DNA of 64,000 nt from NCBI GenBank assembly GCA_965219995.1, contig CBDCOX010000002.1, forward strand, positions 3,776,001 to 3,840,000, in the 5' to 3' direction. Source of the DNA: Candidatus Latescibacterota bacterium (GTDB taxonomy: Bacteria; Latescibacterota; UBA2968; GCA-2709665). The position numbers were made by a program, and so were the translations under genes. This document shows positions 36,624 through 46,824 of this stretch, one piece after another (the stretch's first letter is position 1; the number at the start of each line of letters is the position of its first letter). The notes below the pieces were generated by a model. The model did no database searches and was not told the DNA's origin. It saw nothing but the letters and a program-made list of their open reading frames with translations.

Positions 36624-39419
36624 ATGCGTCTATCGTGGAATGAAATCCGTGTCCGTGCTGCCCGATTTGCTGAGGAGTGGAAGGACTCGGGGTACGAAAA
36701 GGGTGAGACTCAGAGTTTCTACAACGAATTCTTCGAGATCTTCGGTGTGAAACGCCGTACGGTCGCGCGCTACGAGGAACTCGTCCAGCGCCTGGACGAC
36801 TCCAGTGGATTCATCGATCTCTTCTGGCCGGGCGTATTGCTTGTCGAGCAGAAGAGTGCGGGCGTCAACCTGAAGAAGGCGCGAGAACAAGCGGACACCT
36901 ATTTCGACGCGCTGCAGGAGCACGAGAGGCCGCGTTACCAGTTACAATGCGACTTTCAAACGTTTGATCTGATCGACCGGGATGAACGCGAGGAAGTGCG
37001 TTTCGGGCTCGCCAATCTTCCGGAACACGTTGAAAAATTCGGTTTTATCCTCGGTGTTCAGAAACGGACCTTTAAGGACCAGGACCCGGTCAACATCGCT
37101 GCGGCGGAACGCGTCGGCCTTCTCCACGACGCGCTGGCTGCATCCGGCTACACCGGGCACGACCTGGAGCAATTCCTCGTTCGCATTGTCTTCTGCTTCT
37201 TTGCGGACGACACCGGCATCTTCGAGCCGCGCGACATCTTTCTCGATTACCTGGAAAACCGTACGGGTGAAGACGGATCGGACCTTGGCAGCCGCCTCAT
37301 GCACTTGTTCCAGGTTCTCAACACCCACGAAGAACAGCGCCCAACCACACTCGATGAAGACCTCGACCGCTTCCCGTACGTCAACGGCGAGCTTTTTCGA
37401 GACACATTGCCCATCCCGTCATTTGATTCCGAGATGCGCGAGAAGCTTATCAACGCTTGCAATTTCAATTGGTCGAACATCTCACCGGCGATTTTCGGCT
37501 CGTTGTTCCAGTCGGTAATGGACAAGGACCAGCGACGCCGACAGGGTGCGCACTACACGACTGAACAGAACATCCTCAAGGTCATTGAGCCTCTGTTCCT
37601 CGACGAATTACGTGACGAATTGCGCCACCTGAAATCACGCCGTGACATCCACCGCATTCCCGCGTTGCACACGTTCCGGCAGCGACTCCGCGACCTGCGC
37701 ATTCTCGACCCTGCATGCGGTTGCGGAAACTTCCTTATCATAGCGTATCGCGAATTGCGCGAATTGGAAATCGAAGTACTCAGAGAGATTCATCCAAAAC
37801 TACAGACCGATGCCTTTGCAAAGCAGCTCTCCATAGTGAATGTGGATCAGTTCTACGGCATCGAGTTGGGGGAATTTCCGGCCCGCATCGCCGAAGTAGC
37901 GCTGTGGATGATGGACCACATAATGAACAACTGGTTAAGCAAGGAGTTTGGAAGGATCTTCACACGAATTCCATTGAATACATCGCCTCACATCCGGCAG
38001 GGCGACGCGCTCGAGTTCGATTGGTCCGAACTACTGCCTCCAGAGGAATGTTCCTACGTGCTCGGCAATCCACCGTTCATTGGCTCAAAATTCCAGTCGG
38101 ACGACCAGCGCGATCAGGTGCGCCATATCGCCGCGCTTGGAAAGAGCGGCGGCTCATTGGACTATGTTGGCGCGTGGTTTATCAAGGCTGGGGAGTACGT
38201 GCAGAATAGCGAAGCACGAATCGGTTTTGTGGCGACGAATTCCATCACACAGGGCGAACAGGTTGCGCAACTCTGGCCAATTTTGTTCGAGCGGTACAGA
38301 CTGGACATCACATACGCCCATCGTACGTTTGCATGGGGATCGGACGCTCGCGGCATGGCGCACGTTCATGTCGTAATCATCGGATTGGCCAAAACCGACC
38401 TCGCGCCGCGGCAGAAACGTCTGTTTTCGTACGAAACGGTTAACGACGACCCACAGCAGACCCAACACGCAGCACTCTCACCCTACCTTTTCGACGCGGG
38501 AAGTTTGGCCAATCCGCGAGTTGTGGTAAGGGAGTCACATCTACCTTTCAATGGGCTGCCGAAGCTGATCATTGGCTCCAAGCCGATCGATGGTGGGCAT
38601 TATATCTTTAAGGCTGACGAACGTGCCGCTTTCCTCCGCGATGAACCGGGCGCCGAGCCGTACCTGCGCCCTTTCGTCGGCAGTCGCGAGTTTCTCCAGG
38701 GTGGAATGCGCTGGATACTTCATCTCGCCGAAGTGTCTCCTCAGGTACTCAAGTCACTCCCGAGAGTCAGGGAACGCATAGCCGCCGTTCGCGACTATCG
38801 GTTAGCGAGCAGGAGTGCGCCTACCCGTACGCTTGCAATGACACCAAAGCTCTACCACGTCAACGTCATTCCAGCGGCCCCTTTCATGGTGGTGCCGGAG
38901 GTCAGCTCCGAACGGCGCGACTACATTCCGATTGCATGGCTGGAACCTCCCGTGATTCCGAGCAACAAGATACGTGTGCTGCTAAATGCCTCCCTTTGGC
39001 AATTCGGATTATTAACCTCGACATTGCACATGGCGTGGGTCAGGAATATCGGCGGACGGCTCAAGAGTGACTTTTCCTACGGAATAGGCATCGTGTACAA
39101 TACGTTTCCGATGCCCCCCGTACCGCCAGAACGCCTGAAACGGCTTGCAACCCACGCCGACGCCGTTCTATCCGCTCGCGCGAATCATCCTGACGCGACG
39201 CTTGCCGACCTGTACGACCCCGACATGATGCCTCCCGACCTTCGCAAGGCACACCAGGCGCTGGACCGCACCGTCGACAGGCTATACCGACGTAGCGGCT
39301 TTACGTCGGAGCGCGAGCGTGTGGAACACCTGCTGGGACTGTACGAGAAAATGGTCGCGCCGCTTGCGGCAAAGGCGAAACCGAAGCGGCGGCGGCGGCG
39401 AACTGCAGCCGGGCGATAG
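36624..39419 (+). CDS. MmeI-like Type IIL/IIG restriction-modification enzyme (N6-adenine MTase fused to endonuclease)
   Basis: Start MRLSWNEIR; IDLFWPGVLLVEQKS nuclease motif; GAHYT, ILDPACGCGNFL and GNPPF; C-terminal TLADLYDP. Confidence 0.92.
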   Translation: MRLSWNEIRVRAARFAEEWKDSGYEKGETQSFYNEFFEIFGVKRRTVARYEELVQRLDDSSGFIDLFWPGVLLVEQKSAGVNLKKAREQADTYFDALQEHERPRYQLQCDFQTFDLIDRDEREEVRFGLANLPEHVEKFGFILGVQKRTFKDQDPVNIAAAERVGLLHDALAASGYTGHDLEQFLVRIVFCFFADDTGIFEPRDIFLDYLENRTGEDGSDLGSRLMHLFQVLNTHEEQRPTTLDEDLDRFPYVNGELFRDTLPIPSFDSEMREKLINACNFNWSNISPAIFGSLFQSVMDKDQRRRQGAHYTTEQNILKVIEPLFLDELRDELRHLKSRRDIHRIPALHTFRQRLRDLRILDPACGCGNFLIIAYRELRELEIEVLREIHPKLQTDAFAKQLSIVNVDQFYGIELGEFPARIAEVALWMMDHIMNNWLSKEFGRIFTRIPLNTSPHIRQGDALEFDWSELLPPEECSYVLGNPPFIGSKFQSDDQRDQVRHIAALGKSGGSLDYVGAWFIKAGEYVQNSEARIGFVATNSITQGEQVAQLWPILFERYRLDITYAHRTFAWGSDARGMAHVHVVIIGLAKTDLAPRQKRLFSYETVNDDPQQTQHAALSPYLFDAGSLANPRVVVRESHLPFNGLPKLIIGSKPIDGGHYIFKADERAAFLRDEPGAEPYLRPFVGSREFLQGGMRWILHLAEVSPQVLKSLPRVRERIAAVRDYRLASRSAPTRTLAMTPKLYHVNVIPAAPFMVVPEVSSERRDYIPIAWLEPPVIPSNKIRVLLNASLWQFGLLTSTLHMAWVRNIGGRLKSDFSYGIGIVYNTFPMPPVPPERLKRLATHADAVLSARANHPDATLADLYDPDMMPPDLRKAHQALDRTVDRLYRRSGFTSERERVEHLLGLYEKMVAPLAAKAKPKRRRRRTAAGR

Positions 39420-39457
39420 GGTGGATACCCGATCGCGAGAAGATTTACCGACGAGCC

Positions 39458-39486
39458 TTGACCAGCGCCAAAACTGTGGCTACAAT
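39458..39486 (+). promoter_or_regulatory. Sigma70 promoter of the GHKL-dcm-vsr operon
   Basis: TTGACC-17 bp-TACAAT. Confidence 0.7.
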
Positions 39487-39659
39487 AATGGTACTTTTGG
39501 GATTTGAAGACCTGAATAGGACGCCTCTATATTTCGCAGGCTAAGATTCTCGGGGCAATGCCAGTTTTCGCGATAAATTCTCGATAATTTCACCCGAAAG
39601 AATTAAGAGTCGCTGCCGACGGTAACGAGACCCTTGTTTGCTATAAGTGGGATTTTTCC

Positions 39660-41651
39660 ATGAATAAACAAGAAACGCCGACTTCACGGCATGGGCGTGA
39701 ATACAAGATGACGGTTGCCGGCCAGTTGTTCAAACATCTCGGTTTGCAGATGTACTCGGGGGCGGTCCCGGCAATTTCAGAACTCATTTCAAACGCATAC
39801 GATGCCATGGCGAGAAACGTCTGGATCGAACTACCGACTAACACATCGATAAACACATATGACGCGATTGTGGTTAGGGACGACGGCCATGGGATGAGTT
39901 TTGAAGAATGTAACTCTCTCTATTTGACGGTAGGTAGAGACCGGCGGATGAACTACGATGAATGGACCCGGGAGTACAATGGAATAAGTTCTCGGAAAGT
40001 TCAGGGGAGAAAGGGCATCGGCAAGCTTGCTGGTTTCGGAATTGCCAATTTAATCGACGTCCGAACCATCAAGGACGGTGAGATTGCTCATTTTAGACTG
40101 GACTATGACAAATTGACAAAAAGCTCGAATTTTGCCGACGCGGAAGGATATGCACCCATACGACTGCAAGATGACGGCGGAGAAACCGATGAACAGGCCG
40201 GTACAACGGTAAGACTATCGAGGCTTAAGCTCAGGCGATCTATTGACGAAGGACAATTTGTCAAGAGTATTGCAAGGCGACTCCTTGTGATTGACGAATC
40301 CTTTACTGTCCACGTAAATGATTCACAAGTATCGAGACAAGAGATTCCATTTCAATTCAGATTCCCGGGAAGTCCAGGCACATGGCAAACCGATGAACTG
40401 TCGAACGGACAGCAATTTCATTGGTGGGCAGGATTTTGCAAGGATACAATACCCGACGAAGAACAGCGTGGCTTTGTCGTGTACGTAAGAGGCAAACTGG
40501 CTCAGACGCCGTGGTTTTTTGACCTTAGTGGTGGCGTGTGGGGTCAGCACGGTATGCAATATTTCACAGGCGAGGTTCAAGCGGATTTTTTGGACGAAAG
40601 TGTAGATTTGATTGCCACCGATCGGGGTACTGTACGATGGGAGGATCCCACGGCAGTACCGTTGAAGGAATGGGGAAGAAAAAAGATCAGGGAATTATTG
40701 GAAACCTGGTCTGACAAGAGACGAGAAGCTAAACGTACAAGCCCAAGGGTGTCGCAGTACTTGCAACAGGCGGAGAGATTACCCGAAAGAGAACGTCAAG
40801 TATTCACGAGAGTCGTTGACCGTATCTGCGGCATACCGCAACTTGACAAGGATCAAGAGGGTAGGGATATAGCAGACGATCTTGTAGAATTCGCCTTTAA
40901 TGCATTGACGAATCGAAGTTTTCTCGATGCGATACGACGATTGAACGCAGCTTCTCCAAATGAAATGGACAGATTCAATGAAGTGCTTTCCGATTGGGAT
41001 GTTATTGAGCTTGTAAATACGGCGCACCTCGTTAAGGGTCGGGTCGAAATCATCCGAAAATTCGAGCAAATGATCAAAGAAAAGGTACCCGAGAAGCCGG
41101 ATATGCAAATGCACCTCCGCAAATATCCATGGTTAATTGACCCCAAATGGACGATGCTGGCACATGAGAGGTCGCTTGACAATACAATTCGAGATCACTT
41201 CGGGATATCTACATCTGGCGAGAATGCGGGCAAGAAGCGTTTGGACTTTTTTTGCCTGGGAGACAGCCAAACGGCGTACGTTGTGGAAGTGAAACGGCCA
41301 GGAGGCCCGATTGGAAGGGAGGAATTTAACCAGGTAGAAGAATACGTGCTTTTTCTTCGAAATCGACTCCAGCGAAGCGCCACGATCGCGGAGCATCAAA
41401 GATCAGTCGTCAAAGGGCTACTTATCGCCGACCGCATTCGACCCGAAGACGAGGAATATAGAGACGCAAGAAAGGACGTAGTTGATTTTCGGACATGGCA
41501 GAACCTGCTGATGGTAGCCAGGACCATGCACGAAGAGTTCCTCCAAGTGGTCACGGAACGAGCACCTGCTGATGACCCTAGAATGCAGAATTTAACAGGC
41601 CGACCAGTAAAGCAAAATGGGTATGGACAAGATATAGAGGATGAGAAGTGA
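39660..41651 (+). CDS. GHKL (MORC/MutL-like) ATPase fused to a C-terminal PD-(D/E)XK nuclease
   Basis: [22 protein letters not shown] and GTTV; C-terminal RLDFFC...VVEVKRP. Confidence 0.85.
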   Translation: MNKQETPTSRHGREYKMTVAGQLFKHLGLQMYSGAVPAISELISNAYDAMARNVWIELPTNTSINTYDAIVVRDDGHGMSFEECNSLYLTVGRDRRMNYDEWTREYNGISSRKVQGRKGIGKLAGFGIANLIDVRTIKDGEIAHFRLDYDKLTKSSNFADAEGYAPIRLQDDGGETDEQAGTTVRLSRLKLRRSIDEGQFVKSIARRLLVIDESFTVHVNDSQVSRQEIPFQFRFPGSPGTWQTDELSNGQQFHWWAGFCKDTIPDEEQRGFVVYVRGKLAQTPWFFDLSGGVWGQHGMQYFTGEVQADFLDESVDLIATDRGTVRWEDPTAVPLKEWGRKKIRELLETWSDKRREAKRTSPRVSQYLQQAERLPERERQVFTRVVDRICGIPQLDKDQEGRDIADDLVEFAFNALTNRSFLDAIRRLNAASPNEMDRFNEVLSDWDVIELVNTAHLVKGRVEIIRKFEQMIKEKVPEKPDMQMHLRKYPWLIDPKWTMLAHERSLDNTIRDHFGISTSGENAGKKRLDFFCLGDSQTAYVVEVKRPGGPIGREEFNQVEEYVLFLRNRLQRSATIAEHQRSVVKGLLIADRIRPEDEEYRDARKDVVDFRTWQNLLMVARTMHEEFLQVVTERAPADDPRMQNLTGRPVKQNGYGQDIEDEK

Positions 41652-42736
41652 ATGCAAAAGCACCAATTGCGATTGATCTATTTGCTGGATGTGGCGGGTT
41701 GACAAAGGGTATCCGCGATGCGGGATTCAACGTCGCGGCAGCCGTTGAAATAGACTCAGACGCGGCGCAAACCTACAAGCGGAACCACCCACGAACACAA
41801 TTACTGACAAACGACATTCGGGACGTGTCCGGTTCGGATCTCGTGGAAGCCGCCGGTAGCGACCAGGTTTCGCTTCTGGCGGGTTGCGCGCCCTGTCAGG
41901 GATTCTGTTCGCTTACGAGCAAGTACCAGGAATCCGACCCGCGAAATGAGCTTCTACTCGCGATGGCCGACGTCGTCGAAGCGATTCTTCCACGTGCGGT
42001 GTTTATGGAAAACGTCCCTGGCGTCTTAAATCGGGGCAAGGCAATATTCAATCAGTTCCTTGGCGTTATGGCCGATCTTGGATACAAGTACAGTTGGCGG
42101 GTTGAACAGATCGCAGATTATGGAGTACCGCAATCCCGACGGCGACTGGTCCTCGTAGCAGGACTTGGATTCGAAATCCCCTTACCGGAACCCACTCATG
42201 CTCGTGTCCCGGAGGATGGATCCGGTCTGCAGCCGTGGAGAACGGTAGAGCAAGCGATCGGCCATATGGGAGCGCCTATCACGTTAAAGGCCGCACGCAG
42301 AAATGGTGGACCTCAATCTCATAACTGGCACGTAGTTAGAAATCTTCAACCTCAGGTCAAGAAAAGACTAGAAGCGGCGGAACCAGGGAAAACATGGTTG
42401 GCAATAGATGAATCGGTACGTCCGAAATGTCACCGAAGCGACTATCGGGGTTTCACTAATACGTATGGAAGGATGGCGTGGGACCAGGTCTCTCCCACCA
42501 TAACCGGTGGGTGTACCACGGCATCCAAAGGCCGTTTCGGCCATCCTGATAAATCCAGATACACGATCTCCGTTCGAGAAGCAGCGCTGCTTCAGACGTT
42601 TCCCGAAAATTACAGATTCACCACGGATAGCATGGAGAGAGTTTGTGATCTTATTGGCAATGCGGTTCCGCCTTTATATGCGAAATTAGCTGCGCAGAAG
42701 GTCAATTCCGCGCTTCGGGAATTACCGGAAAATTAA
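41648..42736 (+). CDS. dcm: DNA (cytosine-5)-methyltransferase
   Basis: [33 protein letters not shown] and GNAVPP motifs; GTGA overlap with the upstream gene. Confidence 0.95.
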   Translation: MNAKAPIAIDLFAGCGGLTKGIRDAGFNVAAAVEIDSDAAQTYKRNHPRTQLLTNDIRDVSGSDLVEAAGSDQVSLLAGCAPCQGFCSLTSKYQESDPRNELLLAMADVVEAILPRAVFMENVPGVLNRGKAIFNQFLGVMADLGYKYSWRVEQIADYGVPQSRRRLVLVAGLGFEIPLPEPTHARVPEDGSGLQPWRTVEQAIGHMGAPITLKAARRNGGPQSHNWHVVRNLQPQVKKRLEAAEPGKTWLAIDESVRPKCHRSDYRGFTNTYGRMAWDQVSPTITGGCTTASKGRFGHPDKSRYTISVREAALLQTFPENYRFTTDSMERVCDLIGNAVPPLYAKLAAQKVNSALRELPEN

Positions 42737-42750
42737 CATGGTGCGAGACC

Positions 42751-43197
42751 ATGAGTCGTTGGCCCGGTGACCCACGAAAAGAACGTACGACGTTTGGCGG
42801 TTTGCGTCGTGGTGAACTGATGACCCGAGTGCGTAGCAAGGGTAATAAAACGACCGAAGAACGCCTTGCACGTCTCTTACGGGAGTGGCGATTAACCGGC
42901 TGGAGACGAAACCAACCGCTTCCGGGGCGACCGGATTTCGCGTTTTTGAAGGAGAAGGTCGCAGTCTTTGTGGATGGGTGTTTCTGGCATGGGCACAATT
43001 GTAGAAACTTGACGTCAAAGACAAATCCGAAGGCATGGCACGACAAAATTTCACGTACCCAGGCAAGGGACCGGCGTGCAAACCGTCTCCTTCGCCAGTT
43101 GGGATGGAAAGTCATGCGCATTTGGGAGTGTCGTCTGGCAAAAGCCCCGGACGTCTGTATGCGACGAATAAAACGCAAACTCAAAGAGAATAGATGA
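42751..43197 (+). CDS. vsr: Very short patch repair endonuclease
   Basis: GRPDF, VFVDGCFWHGH and GWKVMRIWEC motifs. Confidence 0.95.
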   Translation: MSRWPGDPRKERTTFGGLRRGELMTRVRSKGNKTTEERLARLLREWRLTGWRRNQPLPGRPDFAFLKEKVAVFVDGCFWHGHNCRNLTSKTNPKAWHDKISRTQARDRRANRLLRQLGWKVMRIWECRLAKAPDVCMRRIKRKLKENR

Positions 43198-43296
43198 ACC
43201 ACGCAGCAGGTCTGTAGACCCCCCCAGATAAGTGATTCGGCAATTCCGACGCAAAGAAGTCCAACCGATTTGTATCTACCTCTATTGACACATACA

Positions 43297-44436
43297 ATGA
43301 GAGTCAGCATTCGAGACAAGCGGTGCCTAAATGAGATTTCGCCTGCGGCGCTGTCGGCATATGCCCGTGCAGCTGGCTGGAGACGGACAGGCGACTATGG
43401 CGACTCTTCAGACGTTTACGCGTCGGACGGCTTACCGGAGATCATACTGCCGCGGACCCAACGATTGGGTGATTATGCAATCGTCGTATCGCGACTCATT
43501 GAAATCTTCGCCGACGTGGCAGGTACCGACGAACTTTCTCTCTACCACGACCTGGTTTCCTTCGATCGAGACGTCATTCGCGTTGGGGCCGACGAAGGCG
43601 GCGATGGCGTCGCGTCAGCAAGCGATCGGATCGACCTTGCGCGCGCTGCACGCGATATGGTCCTGGCAGCGGCCTGTTCGCTCAATGATCCGCAGTCGGT
43701 CTATCGCGCTGCTGCGGACAATGAGTCCCGGAACCTTGTCCGCAAATTGCGAATGGGGCAAACCGAGCAAGATAGCTTTGTTGTTACCCTGCTGACCCCC
43801 GTCTTTTCGCCACCCCTACAACAATCCTTCATTCAGCACTCGGAGCACAACGAAGACCCGATTGAGCGCAGGATGACAAAGCGTCTTGTTTCCGCGCTGC
43901 GAGCCGCCCGGCATGCGACGGATGGAATTGTCGGCGGAAAAGTTGACGCTTTCCTGCACGCCGTAGACGATGGTGTAAGCGCCAATCTGTGCGAAGCGCT
44001 CATAAGGTTGATCGAACCCTTCGAAACACTGGACGTCAGTCTGACCTGGGCCGGCACCCGTCCGACGAATACGGCACGGGAGCTCGTTCACTTTGCCAAA
44101 TCAGATGTACCTATCCTCCGTGAGGCCGCAAGTCTGTTCCGTAATCGCGGACCCAAACCGGACGTGCTGCTATTCGGTTTTGTGCAGAGGCGCAAGGGGC
44201 GACCGGAGTCTGCGGATGCAACAATCACCTTACGAGCTTACGTTGACGGGCAAATTCAGTCAGTTGAAGCCGCACTGAACCAGTCCGATTACGAGCAAGC
44301 CATCAGGGCGCGTAAACACAATGCGTCGGTGATTCTCGCAGGCGATCTTGTGCGTAACGGCAAACGGCGGCGCTTGCTGAATCCACGCATCGTTGCCGTT
44401 ATTCCGCAAGGCAACACGCAGGAAGAGGGAGAATGA
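43297..44436 (+). CDS. Hypothetical protein (defence-island associated)
   Basis: Start MRVSIRD; 379 aa with natural composition; no catalytic motif recognised. Confidence 0.7.
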   Translation: MRVSIRDKRCLNEISPAALSAYARAAGWRRTGDYGDSSDVYASDGLPEIILPRTQRLGDYAIVVSRLIEIFADVAGTDELSLYHDLVSFDRDVIRVGADEGGDGVASASDRIDLARAARDMVLAAACSLNDPQSVYRAAADNESRNLVRKLRMGQTEQDSFVVTLLTPVFSPPLQQSFIQHSEHNEDPIERRMTKRLVSALRAARHATDGIVGGKVDAFLHAVDDGVSANLCEALIRLIEPFETLDVSLTWAGTRPTNTARELVHFAKSDVPILREAASLFRNRGPKPDVLLFGFVQRRKGRPESADATITLRAYVDGQIQSVEAALNQSDYEQAIRARKHNASVILAGDLVRNGKRRRLLNPRIVAVIPQGNTQEEGE

Positions 44437-44521
44437 GGATGATCGATCACATCCACTCCATGGCATTTTCGATACAGGCAAATCCTGGCGTGTATAGAAC
44501 AAACCGTGTCGGAGCCTGACG

Positions 44522-45400
44522 ATGAGTGAGCCACTGGGATTCTCGGTAAGAATCTTCGTGCCTTCCGGCGAGCCGGAAGGCCTACGTGTCGTCGAGAAAT
44601 CGAATTGGACCGGGCAGGGTTTCGTTTTTCCCAGATCGCATTTTAGCACGGTTCGCGACAAGGAATTACTCAATCATACTGGCGTGTACGTTCTCTGGGA
44701 ACCTGGCGAATTTGGGCAACTACCACTGGCTTACATTGGTGAGGCAGATGTGTTGTCACGAAGACTGGAGCATCACGCCAAAAACAAGGATTTCTGGACC
44801 AACGTCATTGCGTTCCTCAGCAAGGACCACAGCTTGAATAAAGCGCACGCGAAGTACCTTGAAGCGCGGCTGGTAGACCTCGCAGATCAGGCAAAACGCT
44901 GCGAACTGACGAATGGCAACGTCCCGAGAACGCCATCGCTTTCGCCTGCGGATAAAGTGGATGCGGAGCTGTATTTGGCGGATATGTTACTATGTCTTCC
45001 TGTTGTGGGCGTAAACTTCTTCGATAAGCCGCGACGGGAGGCGGGAACGAGTCGAGACTTTTTGCTGAACGCGAAGGGTATATTGGCACGCGGTTACGAA
45101 GCGGCAAGCGGTTTTGTCGTACGTGCTGATTCGCAAGCAGTCAAGGAACAGGTTGCATCAATCTCGTCGTCCATATCAGACCTGCGTAACATACTTTGTC
45201 GAAAGAAGATTCTCGAAGATGCAGGCGCCAATTACAGGGTCGTTCAAGACTATCCTTTCAGTTCACCGTCTAAGGCGGCCAGCGTCCTCTTGGGAGCCCC
45301 GATGAATGGCCTCACTGCCTGGAAGGACGCCGATGGAAGAACATTAAAGGAAATTCGGGACGTAGAAGTAGGTAATGCGGGTGAATCCGTTGCCGAGTAA
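44522..45400 (+). CDS. GIY-YIG nuclease family protein with C-terminal DUF4357
   Basis: GVYVL...AYIGEA, KDFW, YLEARL; FSSPSKAA...NGLTAWK. Confidence 0.85.
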   Translation: MSEPLGFSVRIFVPSGEPEGLRVVEKSNWTGQGFVFPRSHFSTVRDKELLNHTGVYVLWEPGEFGQLPLAYIGEADVLSRRLEHHAKNKDFWTNVIAFLSKDHSLNKAHAKYLEARLVDLADQAKRCELTNGNVPRTPSLSPADKVDAELYLADMLLCLPVVGVNFFDKPRREAGTSRDFLLNAKGILARGYEAASGFVVRADSQAVKEQVASISSSISDLRNILCRKKILEDAGANYRVVQDYPFSSPSKAASVLLGAPMNGLTAWKDADGRTLKEIRDVEVGNAGESVAE

Positions 45401-45488
45401 ACCGATCGGCGTAAATTGACAGTCGCCGCGAAATTGCGCAGTCTTTGTTCGAGAATCATCAGGGCTCCAACGAGCTATCGAGATTCGA

Positions 45489-45938
45489 ATGGCAGACCTC
45501 GACCTCACTCAAGCAGAAGCAGACGCGTTGATTGAAATGGAAAAACACCGGGTAAATGATGACCAGGCAAGTTTCCCGATGGGTGGCGAGTCCGTTGTTA
45601 TCCCACTTCAGTCGGTCGAAAGGCGAGAGCAGTTCCTGCTCGACTTGAGTCGCGCGAGCATCAATCTTTCAAAAGTCAAAATGCAGACTCGCGGGCGGCA
45701 AGTCGTCGTGCTGGTTCGTCTCGATCTGGGTGGTGCGCCACATCGAAATCCGGATGGCGAAGAAATACCCGTACCGCACGTCCACGTTTACCGCGAAGGC
45801 TACGGCGACAAGTGGGCGGTAGTTGTACCCACGGACGGGTTCCTTGCTGTCGGTGATGCCTGGATGATGTACGAACAGTTTCTGCAGTTCTGCAACGTCA
45901 CGCGACCGCCGAATGTCGTAAGGGAGCTTTTTACATGA
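45489..45938 (+). CDS. DUF6978-like hypothetical protein
   Basis: [14 protein letters not shown]; [16 protein letters not shown]...[14 protein letters not shown]; ATGA-coupled to the next gene. Confidence 0.75.
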   Translation: MADLDLTQAEADALIEMEKHRVNDDQASFPMGGESVVIPLQSVERREQFLLDLSRASINLSKVKMQTRGRQVVVLVRLDLGGAPHRNPDGEEIPVPHVHVYREGYGDKWAVVVPTDGFLAVGDAWMMYEQFLQFCNVTRPPNVVRELFT

Positions 45939-46699
45939 TTCGAGAAATTCAGATCCTCATTGATGATTATTATGCTTGGCTCAAGGACAAGACAATCCTG
46001 AACCAAATCGACCAGTGGGTCGAGATTACCACGCCTTATTTGGATAGACACAACGACTACCTACAGATCTATGCGAGAGATGCGAATGGAGGCTTTGTGT
46101 TAACGGATGACGGATATACAATTGAGGATCTTGCCCAAAATGGTTGCAATCTCGAAAGTCCCAAACGGCAAGATCTGCTGCAAATGACGCTCAACGGTTT
46201 TGGAGTCCATAGAGACGGACGTGAGTTACAGGTCCTTGCATCAGCCGACAACTTTGCAATCCAAAAACACAATCTCTTACAGGCGATGCTGGCCGTCAAC
46301 GATATGTTCTATATGGCGGCACCCACGGTGGCGAACATCTTTTATGAAGATGTGGAAGCTTGGCTTGATCTCTGCGATATTCGCCACACGCCAAAGGTGA
46401 AGTTTACAGGTCAAACGGGGTATGATCATCTCTTTGATTTCGTGATTCCGAAATCTCGGGAGCGGCCGGAGCGGCTCATACAGACAGTCAACCGCCCAAG
46501 TCGTTCAACCGCTCAGAACGTTGTACTTGCTTGGATTGACACAAAGGAAGTCCGCACGCCGGGGTCACGTGTGTACGCATTTCTGAACGATTCGGAAAGA
46601 AAGGTCGATCAGACAGTGATGGCCGCACTACGGAGCTACGACGTCAGACCAGTGGTTTGGAGTCAGCGTGAAGACGCGAGAATGGAATTGGCGGCTTGA
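45935..46699 (+). CDS. DUF1828/DUF1829 domain protein
   Basis: [39 protein letters not shown] and AFLND motifs. Confidence 0.85.
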   Translation: MIREIQILIDDYYAWLKDKTILNQIDQWVEITTPYLDRHNDYLQIYARDANGGFVLTDDGYTIEDLAQNGCNLESPKRQDLLQMTLNGFGVHRDGRELQVLASADNFAIQKHNLLQAMLAVNDMFYMAAPTVANIFYEDVEAWLDLCDIRHTPKVKFTGQTGYDHLFDFVIPKSRERPERLIQTVNRPSRSTAQNVVLAWIDTKEVRTPGSRVYAFLNDSERKVDQTVMAALRSYDVRPVVWSQREDARMELAA

Positions 46700-46784
46700 A
46701 CATCGACGCGTTATTTTCGTCGTCGGTGCTATCGACTCATTTCCATCTGCTCCATCACCCTCCGACCAAAAAAACACTACCATT

Positions 46785-46824
46785 TACTCAATGTATTGAG
46801 TATAATTACTCATTATGTTGAGTA
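46785..46824 (+). promoter_or_regulatory. Tandem palindromic operators flanking a TATAAT box
   Basis: TACTCAATGTATTGAGTA (46785-46802), TATAAT (46801-46806), TACTCATTATGTTGAGTA (46807-46824, contains the ATG). Confidence 0.7.
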
